From: Candidatus Poribacteria bacterium
GTDB taxonomy: Bacteria > Poribacteria > WGA-4E > PCPOR2b
Direction of reading: 5' to 3'
Assembly (NCBI GenBank): GCA_965208675.1
Contig: OZ242351.1
Coordinates: forward strand, 3,616,001-3,680,000
DNA: 64,000 bases
Of the stretch, positions 50,437 through 59,979 are shown in pieces. Each line of letters starts with the position of its first letter. Position 1 is the first letter of the stretch. The notes beneath the pieces were generated by a model, which saw only the letters and a list, made by a program, of their open reading frames with translations, had not been told where the DNA came from and searched no databases. The position numbers and the translations under genes were made by a program.

Positions 50437-53400
50437 TTATCCGCTAAACTTCGCCGAGACGACTTTCGACACCCCCGCCTGCTCCATCGTCACGCCATAC
50501 ATCGTATCGGCAATCTCCATCGTTCGTTTGTTGTGGGTAATAATGATAAGCTGTGTCTGTTCAGCGTATTTCCGAATGAGGTTGGTGAAGCGGAGTACGT
50601 TCGCTTCATCTAGCGCGGCATCAACTTCATCAAGAACACAGAAGGGGCTCGGTTTGATTTTGAAGATTGCAAACAGCAGAGCGATAGCAACCAATGACCG
50701 TTCACCGCCGGACAGTTGTGTTATACTCTGAGGGCGTTTCCCCGGCGGACAGGCGATAATTTCAATCCCGGCTTCTAACACATCGGACTCGTCCGTTAAC
50801 CGCAATTCCGTCTCCCCGCCGTTGAAGAGTTCCTCAAAAACAGCCTGGAAGTTAGATCGAATCTGCTCAAAGGTATTGAGGAAGGCGTCCCGTGAGGTCT
50901 TGTTTATCTTTTGAATCGCCTGATAGGTTGATTCCAGCGACTTCTGCAAATCTTCACGCTGCTCCGCGAAAAAAACCTCGCGTTTCTTGTGTTCGTGATA
51001 CTCTTCAATCGCCACTAGGTTTACGGAACCCATGCTCTCAATCTGAACCTTCAGCGTCTCAATCCCGTCCATCAACTCAAGATTGCTAGACGGATGCTCT
51101 TCAACTTCAATCTGATCTATGGACACCTGATATTTGTCCTGAATGCGCGCGGAGATTGCCTTCAGTTGCATCTCCAATTGTGTAGTCGTTACCTCCAAGT
51201 GATGCCGCATGCGGTTATGTTTATCAAATTCACGCCTCGCTCTGCGCATCAGTTTCTGTGCTTCAGCAATCTGTTCGATTAAACCATCACGCTCCGCTTC
51301 CAGTTGACTCACACACTCTTCGGCTTCAAATTTCCGACCCTCCGCCTGCACAAATTGGCGCTGAGCTTCGTCAATCTGTTCCGAGAGATTCTGTTGCGTC
51401 TGGTTGTCCGAGTCAATAATTTCCTGATGTTCTCCAATGCTCTCGCTGATTTGCACCTGATTTTTCTGCAGTGTTGCGAGCTCACTGCCCAAACCCTGTA
51501 ATCTCTCACGCTTGCCAGCCAGATTAATTTCAAGTTCCTGACACGATTCTGAAACTTCATCTCGCTTCTTACACTCGACTTCAATCTGCTCAGATAGGCG
51601 TTCAATCCGCCGCTGTAGTGTATGTTGTGTTTTTTGGTCTTCCGCAAGTTGGCTTTGAAGCGCCTTCCGGTCTGTCTTGACCTTCTCCGTTTCCTGATGG
51701 AGACTTGCGCCTTCCGTTTCAGCATCGGTCAGTTGCGAGTTGAGATGCGTTAATTTGTCATGAAACTGTTCCAAATCCTTTGTCACGCTTGCACGTTCGA
51801 TTTCGTTGTCTTGCTGTTTCGAGATTAGCGTTTGGCGAGTCTGCTGTAGCTGCGCTAACAGTTTGACATGTTCTTTGCGTTTGACGTCTTTCTTGCTCAC
51901 AACGCCCGTCAGTTGATCGATTCGCTCCTGTAAATCTCCCAACTCTCTCGGCCGGCTAAGCAGGCCGCTGGTTTGAGTTTTGCTGGAACCACCTGTGACT
52001 GCACCGGAGGTATTGATCAATTCCCCTTCCAACGTGACCAAACGCGCGTTTGGACGGAAACTCCGCGTCAATTCTATTGCCCTGTCGATATTTTCAATGA
52101 CGACTGTATTTCCCAACAGTTGTTGAACCGCAACTGTATATTTTGGATCGTATTCCAGCAGTTCGGAGGCTAAACCGATTACACCGGTTTGATTGAGCAG
52201 GTTGTTGTCCCGGAAGGAACGGGAACGGAGAATATCCAGAGGCAAGAAAGTCACCCGACCAGCCTGTGTCTCCTTGAGAAATGTAATCCCCGCCTGGGCA
52301 TCCTCCGCCGTTTCTGTAACGACGTTTTGGAGGGCGTTGCCCAACGCCACTTCCATGGCTAACTCGTAGTCTGGCTCGGTGCGAATCAGTTCCGCGATAA
52401 CTCCGCAAACCCCGCCGAATCGTTCGGGATGTATTTCTCTAGCTTTTAAAATAGCTCGTACGCCTGTATAATAACCCTCGTGGGCAGCTTTTAATTCCTG
52501 CAATGATTTGAGACGCGATACGCTCATGCCAAGCGAATCTTGAAGGCCGCGCATCTCAGATTCCAGCTTCCGAAGTTCATCTTGATGATGTTGCAGTTTT
52601 TCTTCAGTGTTTTGTTTTTCAGTGTCAACCCGAAATTGGTCCGCAGTTAACTGTTGCTCGCGTTTCTGTGCCTTTGTTTGTGCTTCCTTCGCGGTTTCCA
52701 GTTCGGTTTGCAACACCCTTGAGTTCTCAACAACCCGGTTCAAATTGTCCGATGAATACGCAAGTTTGCCTTCGAGTGAAGTGAGCTGCGCTTCCGCCTG
52801 CGAAACTTGGGTGTTCGTTTCATCCAACTGTCCTCTAGTTGTATTCACTGTCTGCTCAGCGTCATTTACTCGCGTAGTGAGTTCTGTTAGAACGCGGCGC
52901 CGCGCGGTTAGGCGGCTTTCCTCCAGCTTGAGCGCGACATCCAGTTGTGTCCGTTCTCGGTTGCGTTCATCCTTTTGGGATTCGAGTTCAGCGTGCTGTT
53001 TCTCCAACGATTCAATCGCTTGAACCGCACGTTGACGCTGCTGCTGGATATTTAACTGTCGTTCCTTGTAAAGCGCAATCTGTCGCTCCGTCTTCTCAAT
53101 TTCACCCATGAATTGACGTACGACCTCTTGCGCATCCCGGATAGATGCGTCTAATTCAGACCGTTTCTCTGTTGCCTCTTCAATCTGTCCTTCGGTCGTT
53201 TCAATTGTCGCATTTGCGCCCGCCGTCAGACTCAAAATTTCATCCAAGCTTAGTTGTGTTTCGGTCAGCTCCTTGACAAAGCGTCCGTGCTCCCGGCGAT
53301 TCAGTTCCAGTTCCAACGTTTTTAACTGATCGTGCAATCGTTGATAACTCTCAGCTTCTTGCGCTTGCCGTTTGAGCGACTCGGTTTCGCGCTGCAATTC

Positions 53401-54039
53401 GTGAATGATATCGTTGATCCGCACTAGGTTTTGCTCCGTGGCTTCCAATTTCTTTATCGCGGCTTTTTTGCGGCGCTTATATTTGGTGATACCCGCAACT
53501 TCATCAAACAGAAAGCGGCGTTCCTCCGGACGATTGTTGAGGATGAGGTCAATCTTGGCCTGTTCCATTATGGAGTATGCATCAACACCGATACCGGTGT
53601 CCATAAAGAGTTCCGTGATATTTCGCAGCAGGCAGGGGCTCTGATTGATGAAATAATCGCTCTCACCACTTCGTGTCAATTGGCGGCGAACCTCAATCTC
53701 CGGAGATTCGAGCGCGAGTTTTCCATCGACGTTGGTGAAACGCAAAGAAACATGCGTCTTTGGCGCCGGTTTGAAATTAGCACCGCCGTTGAAAATGATG
53801 TCCTGCATAGTGGCGCAGCGAAGCGCACGCGCACTCTGTTCGCCAAGCACCCACCGGATGGCGTCGGAAACGTTGCTTTTGCCGCAGCCGTTCGGTCCCA
53901 CAACCACAGTGACGCCCGGCTCGAGCAGTAATACCGTCTCTTCGGCAAAACTCTTAAAGCTACTGATTTTAATCTGATTGAGATACAACGGGTTTCCTCC
54001 TTCGATTGACAGACTGTTCGGCAAGCCTACTTCATTCAA
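50437..54039 (-). CDS. smc: Chromosome segregation protein SMC
   Basis: FKSF, GPNGCGKSN, hinge GRVTFLPL, LSGGE, LDEVDAALD; start probably TTG ~53988. Confidence 0.97.
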   Translation of the reverse strand: MNEVGLPNSLSIEGGNPLYLNQIKISSFKSFAEETVLLLEPGVTVVVGPNGCGKSNVSDAIRWVLGEQSARALRCATMQDIIFNGGANFKPAPKTHVSLRFTNVDGKLALESPEIEVRRQLTRSGESDYFINQSPCLLRNITELFMDTGIGVDAYSIMEQAKIDLILNNRPEERRFLFDEVAGITKYKRRKKAAIKKLEATEQNLVRINDIIHELQRETESLKRQAQEAESYQRLHDQLKTLELELNRREHGRFVKELTETQLSLDEILSLTAGANATIETTEGQIEEATEKRSELDASIRDAQEVVRQFMGEIEKTERQIALYKERQLNIQQQRQRAVQAIESLEKQHAELESQKDERNRERTQLDVALKLEESRLTARRRVLTELTTRVNDAEQTVNTTRGQLDETNTQVSQAEAQLTSLEGKLAYSSDNLNRVVENSRVLQTELETAKEAQTKAQKREQQLTADQFRVDTEKQNTEEKLQHHQDELRKLESEMRGLQDSLGMSVSRLKSLQELKAAHEGYYTGVRAILKAREIHPERFGGVCGVIAELIRTEPDYELAMEVALGNALQNVVTETAEDAQAGITFLKETQAGRVTFLPLDILRSRSFRDNNLLNQTGVIGLASELLEYDPKYTVAVQQLLGNTVVIENIDRAIELTRSFRPNARLVTLEGELINTSGAVTGGSSKTQTSGLLSRPRELGDLQERIDQLTGVVSKKDVKRKEHVKLLAQLQQTRQTLISKQQDNEIERASVTKDLEQFHDKLTHLNSQLTDAETEGASLHQETEKVKTDRKALQSQLAEDQKTQHTLQRRIERLSEQIEVECKKRDEVSESCQELEINLAGKRERLQGLGSELATLQKNQVQISESIGEHQEIIDSDNQTQQNLSEQIDEAQRQFVQAEGRKFEAEECVSQLEAERDGLIEQIAEAQKLMRRARREFDKHNRMRHHLEVTTTQLEMQLKAISARIQDKYQVSIDQIEVEEHPSSNLELMDGIETLKVQIESMGSVNLVAIEEYHEHKKREVFFAEQREDLQKSLESTYQAIQKINKTSRDAFLNTFEQIRSNFQAVFEELFNGGETELRLTDESDVLEAGIEIIACPPGKRPQSITQLSGGERSLVAIALLFAIFKIKPSPFCVLDEVDAALDEANVLRFTNLIRKYAEQTQLIIITHNKRTMEIADTMYGVTMEQAGVSKVVSAKFSG

Positions 54040-54394
54040 CGTGAATACGTAATGGTGCGTTTCAAGTCCTCATAAGAAAAATCCGTCGCTTTAATTTGTA
54101 ACTCCTCATCGGTTTTAATCCAATTCAAGATACGGAATGATAGCGCATTGTCGTCGTCTCTAGATAGATGAACGTGCGCCGAAGCTTCCACAGGAACCCT
54201 CTCTCATAAAATCGGCGCCAGTTTCGGTGCATCATGTTGGTCATGGTTGGACCCTGTCACACCACCAATTATAGAATTTATTGCGTGTGTGAAGGGGCGA
54301 GCAACGCTGCTGTATGACGCAGGCCAACTAACTGAAGCAGATGAAAAACACACGGCAATTACGCGGCTGTGTTCGCCAAGCGCAAAACTTGATA

Positions 54395-54423
54395 TTGACA
54401 AAGACTGACAGTTGTGCTATAAT
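54395..54423 (+). promoter_or_regulatory. Consensus sigma70 promoter
   Basis: Perfect TTGACA-N17-TATAAT with extended -10 TG. Confidence 0.8.
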
Positions 54424-54542
54424 CGCTTAGGTTGTGACTTGCACCCATGATGAGCATTTATTCTTGACGATACATTACCAGATGCACAGATTCCAATATC
54501 CAAGCATATTTTTCAATCTCAAATTTAGATTACGAATTCGGA

Positions 54543-55154
54543 ATGGAGAACAATCGGATGAACATAGAGCAACGCTTCGATGAAATCATTGAGAATCGGA
54601 ATTTGCTCAACCACCCCTTTTATTTAGCTTGGAGCGCAGGCCAGTTGCCCCAAGACGCATTGCGAACATACGCCCGTGAGTACGGCGCCTTCATCGCGCT
54701 TGTACCTGATGGTTGGCAAACTTTGAACGAACAGGAAATTGCGCAAGAAGAAAAAGAACATCTCGAAATGTGGAAAGACTTTGCACAAGGATTGGGAACA
54801 CACGTTGGCGAAGCCCATGTTGCGCAGGTGAAAAATCTGGTTGGCGTCGCACGGTCGCTATGGGAAAACCCGGAAACTGCACTGGGAGCGCTTTATGCCT
54901 TTGAAGCCCAGCAGCCCGCCACATCAAAGTCTAAACTCGAAGGGTTGAGAGCGTTTTACCAACTGCCGGGTGAAGTAGAACCTTACTTTGAAATCCACTC
55001 TCATAATGAGCACGAATCGGAAAAACTGCTGCATCGAATGCAACAACTTGCTCCAGGCGAACAAGATTCTGCTTTTCAAGCTTGTGAGAAAATGTGCGAC
55101 GCGCTTTGGTCGGCACTCAGCGGTATTTATGATGCGGAATGCGCGGTTAACTAA
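54543..55154 (+). CDS. Heme-oxygenase-like diiron protein (CADD/PqqC/TenA fold)
   Basis: LLNHPFYLAWSAG, YAREY, EE..H..W, ALYAFE, KLEGL, YFEIH. Confidence 0.85.
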   Translation: MENNRMNIEQRFDEIIENRNLLNHPFYLAWSAGQLPQDALRTYAREYGAFIALVPDGWQTLNEQEIAQEEKEHLEMWKDFAQGLGTHVGEAHVAQVKNLVGVARSLWENPETALGALYAFEAQQPATSKSKLEGLRAFYQLPGEVEPYFEIHSHNEHESEKLLHRMQQLAPGEQDSAFQACEKMCDALWSALSGIYDAECAVN

Positions 55155-55371
55155 CGCTCAATATTAAAGCCGTATACCGGGCGCTCCTAATGGCTGAGGG
55201 CATGAGGAACGGCATTAATCTCTCATTAATTTCCGTCTGCGATGCCCCTCGCCTCCCATTCCACAAACCTCACCTACCCGTGTACGATTGAGAGTAATTC
55301 TGTATAAGCAGATGACAGTTTAATCGTCGATACGCTCTATTGTTTGTACAGAATTACAAAATACGGCAACT

Positions 55372-55754
55372 TCAGTAGCTGTTAGATTCATCTGATTTGG
55401 GGTCCGACCCAAATCGCAATACGTGATTATCAAGGTCTTCCACTTTCATTTCGTACGCCCAGGGGTAGTTTGTTGGGACCTCTCGATTCGTAGCACCGCT
55501 CGCTTGGTGTTCTTCATATAACTTCTCGACATCCTCGACACTTATCCAAGTCCAGGTTCCAGCTTGTCCCTGATCGCCGTGGCATAGCATTATATGACAG
55601 TGGCCGCGTGATACAGACCCAAAGCCTGGCGGATCTCCCCAATCCCAATCCTCTTAAAACCGAGCACTTTTACATAATAGTCGATACTGGCTGGAAAATT
55701 CTTGACATTGAAGATGGGTATGATGCACGCAAACTTGGTTTTTGTCCTTTTCAT
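55372..55754 (-). pseudogene. Frameshifted VOC/bleomycin-resistance family gene
   Basis: IPIFNVKNFPASIDYYVKVLGFK continues in another frame as DWDWGDPPGFGSVSRG..YEMKVEDLDNHVLRFG; shift near 55650. Confidence 0.75.
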
Positions 55755-55952
55755 TGCATCCGCACTCGGCATTTCAAGAATTACGTTCCGTCAGAATTGT
55801 GTCCGCAAGTGTTGACCATTATGGCACAATTGGCAGTATTGTGTCAAACAGTATTCCCCACCCACTGGCATACGTAACAAACGCTTTCGTCTTCTATCTC
55901 GCCTCGATTTCCCACTCAACAAATTTCCCGCTGAATTTTTCTTCCAGTCTGT

Positions 55953-55980
55953 GAACTTTTCATTTCCTTGCGGTGTCATT
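55953..55980 (+). promoter_or_regulatory. Candidate ECF-type promoter
   Basis: GAACTT-N16-GTCAT about 110 nt upstream of the ECF gene. Confidence 0.45.
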
Positions 55981-56091
55981 TAGAATGGAAGCTTACCGGA
56001 TGACCTATCGCCCCGCCTTTCGCCGGTAATTTTGATAAGCAATATCAAAGTGTCCTGAACCTAAGTCGGTACTTTCTTAAGCTGATGAGCA

Positions 56092-56706
56092 TTGATATTA
56101 CAATCCGATGAATTTCTCATTGATAAGATTCTTGAACGCGATGCGGAGGCGTTTGAAGTGCTTTGGGCACGATATAGCGCGTCCGTCCGCCGACACATCA
56201 TACGCACCGTACAGGACGAAAGTGCAGCCGAGGATTTGGTTCAGGAAGCATTCTTGCGTCTATGGACATCCGCTGAGCAGTGGGATGGGCGAGGCAACTT
56301 CAAGGGGTGGTTCTTCCGTATCGCCACAAACCTCGCCCTCAATCACCTGCGCGCCCTGCGTCGGCAGAAGCAACAGCCCCTCGAAATACCGCTGGACGAT
56401 TTTGATGATACGGACGACTACTCGTCCGACCCGGATTGGATGATTGACACATCGTTACGCAGTCCCGATGTGATGCTAGAACAAGCCGAGCAGTCTAATC
56501 TGCTCTGGCGGCTGGTTGAAGAACTGCCCGAAGATAAACGAGAAGTGCTTCACCTTGTATATCGGAAAGAGATGAATCTTCGTGACGTTGCCGCTGAGAT
56601 TGGCATCCCGGAAGGCACGGTGAAGTCGCGTTTACACTATTCCATAAAGCGTCTCGCTCAAGCATGGAAGGAGATTACAGGCGAATACGAGGAAGATAGT
56701 CAGTGA
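56092..56706 (+). CDS. ECF sigma-70 factor without adjacent anti-sigma
   Basis: AEDLVQEAFLRLW..FKGWFFRIATNLALNHLR; IGIPEGTVKSRLHY. Confidence 0.95.
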   Translation: MILQSDEFLIDKILERDAEAFEVLWARYSASVRRHIIRTVQDESAAEDLVQEAFLRLWTSAEQWDGRGNFKGWFFRIATNLALNHLRALRRQKQQPLEIPLDDFDDTDDYSSDPDWMIDTSLRSPDVMLEQAEQSNLLWRLVEELPEDKREVLHLVYRKEMNLRDVAAEIGIPEGTVKSRLHYSIKRLAQAWKEITGEYEEDSQ

Positions 56707-56727
56707 ACAAGCGAGGCTATTACTCGC

Positions 56728-56797
56728 CACGCATTACGCATTCCGTATTACACATCACGATTCACGCTACACACTACACACTACACACTACACGAAA
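56728..56797 (+). repeat. Heptamer tandem repeat (10 degenerate units)
   Basis: CACGCAT TACGCAT TCCGTAT TACACAT CACGATT CACGCTA CACACTA CACACTA CACACTA CACGAAA. Confidence 0.85.
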
Positions 56798-56822
56798 TTC
56801 CCAATGGGAGGAGGAGACCGCA

Positions 56823-59800
56823 ATGTCACACAACATCACCGCATTATGGCACAAAAAATCTTTTGACCAACTGATGAACAATCGGCTGCCAGACCTACTC
56901 GCCGAGCGATTGCCGATAGCTGGCTACCATTTTGAACCTACCAGCACCTACACCGGTTGTATCAAAATCTCCCTCACGTCAACTGATGGCGACGTTGAAG
57001 TCGAATACACCGATATCCCGCAACCGGACAAGGAAGGGATGTTCAAAATTGACGGAGAAAACTATGTTGTCGTTCCAACGGCTTCGACTGATAACCTGAA
57101 AAAAGCGAAAATCAGATGTATTGGAGAGCAACTATATAGTTATATCAAAATGCGCTTGAAAGGTGCCACCTTAGACCTGTCATGGGAAACAGCCCCTGTA
57201 CGATCATGGCTCCCGCTTGATAAATGGATACAGGAATTCTTTCGTGACACATTTTACTCGCAGAAACTTCAGGAGACCAACTGGCTCGACAAGTATAGGC
57301 ATCTTCGACGGTTATACGTTCTGAACCGCGAGCAGGTATTCACGCCCTCCCACTTCGGGCGGGCATGCCCTTTCGAGACGCCAGAGGGGCCAAACATAGG
57401 TCGAATCCTTACGATTGCTAGGGGCGCCGAGATTCGCGGCGGAAAACTGGTCGTCGTTGATGAAAACCCCGAAGCAAACCTCGGCTTAGCATCGGCAATG
57501 ATCCCATTTCTTGAACACAACGATCCTGCCCAGACAATGATGGGGGCTAACATGTTGTGTCAGTGGATGGCGCCTTCGTCTCCGGAGACAGCTCCACTAC
57601 GCCAAGCCAAAGAGATACCGAGGTTGGCTGCTGCTCCGGAGCCCGCACTTGTCCAAACTGGTTTAGAACCGGATGTGCCCGACTTTTGGTGCGGTCGCAA
57701 CCTATTGACCGCTTTCATTTCTTGGGGCGGCGATACCTTCGAAGACGGCATCGTGATAAGCCGGTCGTGCGCAGCGCGTCTAAAATTTCCTTATGCAGTT
57801 GAACCCGGCGATAAGATTGGCAACCGTCATGGAACGAAAGGCGTCGTTTCGCGCATCCTGCCTGACGATGAGATGCCGCACCTTGCCGACGGTACACCGG
57901 TGGAACTTGTATTCAGTTTCGGTGGCTTGCACGCGCTAATGAACCTCGGTCAATTACGAGAGGCGGTGATGGGGCGTATTGCACGACTGGAAAATAAGCC
58001 AGCTATCGTGCCGCCATTCCGCGCTCCCTGTGCGGATGAATTGCGCGAACGCCTTAAGAACGCAGGACTTCCGGAAGATGGAATGGAACGCCTTACATTT
58101 GGGAGGAACGGTAATAAGGTGGGGCGGCATAGCACAGTCGGTTGGGTGTATTGGGGACGTCTGGCTCATATTGCGTTAGATAAAATAAAAGCCTCCGACT
58201 CAACCGATATTGAAGACCATAGGTACTTCCAAACACTTGGTGAACTTGAATACGATAGACTACGCAACGCCTCAGTACTTGAAACATTGAGGGAACATTT
58301 TAACACCCGCGCCATGAATCGGACTGATGCGCATACGTTAGCGGAGCGCGTCGCAATAGGCGAAGTTGAGCAGGCGGGTCCGCCGACGCCGATGTTCGCT
58401 AACCTCACGAATCGACTCTCGGCAGCAGGAATTTGGGCCGAACTCTACGGCGGCAAGTTGATTTTTAAATTTGGGCGACCGAATGGAAATACGCTCAAGC
58501 TTGCTCAGCCCGTCCCTTATCCGTGGTGCCGCGATCGAATCCTTGATGAAGTCGGGGTCCGTGAAGGCATGCCTGAATATCAGTCGCTTGCCGATGTCAA
58601 CGCCAGGGCTGACCGTATGCTTGCGAGTAATGCACCGGAAAGTTTAACCCGCCAAACCATCGTGCAGCTCCAAACCCGCGTCGCGGATTATGTCAATGCG
58701 CTCCTAAGCCCAACCGTCATGAACTTTAAGTCACGGAGCCTCTTCAGCGGACGCGCTGTCATAGCACCGGGTGCAGAGTTACACGCTGATCAGGTCGGTA
58801 TTCCGGAGGAGATGGCGTGGGCACTCTTTGGACATCATGTTACAAATCGGCTCGGTGATGCCGAAGAAGTACGGCGGCGTAGTCAAGGTGCAACACAAAT
58901 CCTGGATGAATTGATGGCGGGTTCGTGGGTAATTGTGCTTCGTCCACCGGCGCATACACTCACTAACCTCGTTGCGTTCCATCCGGTGCGGCACCCCGAC
59001 CGTGTCATCCGCGTGCATCCATTCGTGTGCGAGTTTATGAACGCCAATTTTGACGGCGATCAAGCAGCAGTCTTTCTCCCAATCACTGAAACCGGACAAC
59101 GCGAAGCCGGTGAACGGCTTTCCATCGCCGGGCATCTGAAACACGACCCAAGTTTATCCAAATTGCTGGCACCGACGCATGACGCGATGTGGGGATTGGC
59201 ACATTTAAGCCTCACCCCGGAAGGGCGCGGCGAAATCGCAGAGATTGTCGGAACCAACATCCCCGCCCCAGACGGTCTGGTTAGACAAGATTCGCTGGCA
59301 AAGTCACTAGAAGCCATCCTCAAATGCGATGGAATAGACCGCACGATTGAAATAGCCGAGCGTCTAATGCGGCGCGGGCTCGCAATTACTAAGGAATCGG
59401 GTGCCTCCATGAGCCCATTTATCAGTAGACCCGCTGGCAGCCCATCCGTTCCGGTAGATCCCGATGATGCACCCGCTTGGAACGCTCACGCAGAGGAACT
59501 TATCGAGTGGCTTGCCGCGTGTAACGACTTCGCGGACAACAACTTGGGACCGCACATCCTTGCGGCAAAAAGCCAAGACGCACGCAGTAGACTTTATCGA
59601 ATCGCTTGCTGTGTCGGGGCAAGAGGTACGGTTTTGGACCTTCGAGGAAGAGATATCATCGTTCGCAACGGGTATAGCGACGGTTTAACACCCGGTGAAC
59701 TTTACCCGCTTTCCGTCACTTCGCGGGAGGAGATTGTGCGGCTCAATTTGGAACGGCAACGGATAGAATTGGAATTGCGCAACGACAGTGAGCCAGCAGG

Positions 59801-59942
59801 ATTCACCGTCCTGGTGCGTGCAATGCGTGCCAAACACCCAGGTGTCGTTTTCGCCCGAGCCGCTGCAACCGGTGAGGTCGATCCGCTTACTGATGTGGAC
59901 AGCCGTCTTTTCGTCGGGCTACCTGTATCAACTGAGGAGTGA
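56823..59942 (+). CDS. Miniaturised single-chain RNA polymerase beta-beta' fusion protein
   Basis: beta motifs CPFETPEGPNIG, IPFLEHND..MGANM, FEDGIVIS, GDKIGNRHGTKGVVS, followed by beta' motifs FSGRAVI, LRPPAH, NANFDGDQ; GGAGGAGG RBS before ATG 56823. Confidence 0.9.
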   Translation: MSHNITALWHKKSFDQLMNNRLPDLLAERLPIAGYHFEPTSTYTGCIKISLTSTDGDVEVEYTDIPQPDKEGMFKIDGENYVVVPTASTDNLKKAKIRCIGEQLYSYIKMRLKGATLDLSWETAPVRSWLPLDKWIQEFFRDTFYSQKLQETNWLDKYRHLRRLYVLNREQVFTPSHFGRACPFETPEGPNIGRILTIARGAEIRGGKLVVVDENPEANLGLASAMIPFLEHNDPAQTMMGANMLCQWMAPSSPETAPLRQAKEIPRLAAAPEPALVQTGLEPDVPDFWCGRNLLTAFISWGGDTFEDGIVISRSCAARLKFPYAVEPGDKIGNRHGTKGVVSRILPDDEMPHLADGTPVELVFSFGGLHALMNLGQLREAVMGRIARLENKPAIVPPFRAPCADELRERLKNAGLPEDGMERLTFGRNGNKVGRHSTVGWVYWGRLAHIALDKIKASDSTDIEDHRYFQTLGELEYDRLRNASVLETLREHFNTRAMNRTDAHTLAERVAIGEVEQAGPPTPMFANLTNRLSAAGIWAELYGGKLIFKFGRPNGNTLKLAQPVPYPWCRDRILDEVGVREGMPEYQSLADVNARADRMLASNAPESLTRQTIVQLQTRVADYVNALLSPTVMNFKSRSLFSGRAVIAPGAELHADQVGIPEEMAWALFGHHVTNRLGDAEEVRRRSQGATQILDELMAGSWVIVLRPPAHTLTNLVAFHPVRHPDRVIRVHPFVCEFMNANFDGDQAAVFLPITETGQREAGERLSIAGHLKHDPSLSKLLAPTHDAMWGLAHLSLTPEGRGEIAEIVGTNIPAPDGLVRQDSLAKSLEAILKCDGIDRTIEIAERLMRRGLAITKESGASMSPFISRPAGSPSVPVDPDDAPAWNAHAEELIEWLAACNDFADNNLGPHILAAKSQDARSRLYRIACCVGARGTVLDLRGRDIIVRNGYSDGLTPGELYPLSVTSREEIVRLNLERQRIELELRNDSEPAGFTVLVRAMRAKHPGVVFARAAATGEVDPLTDVDSRLFVGLPVSTEE

Positions 59943-59979
59943 TTCATTATCTCGAACACACACATTATCCCTGATACAG

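Noticed and set aside
54425-54540. ZTP or THF riboswitch ahead of the CADD-like gene
   Set aside because: Only a short GTGACT resemblance; the other conserved elements are absent
56823-59942. Housekeeping rpoB/rpoC, an rpoBC fusion of the Helicobacter type, or a simple pseudogene
   Set aside because: Far too short and divergent, with no ribosomal operon context, yet uninterrupted for 3.1 kb with domain-scale deletions
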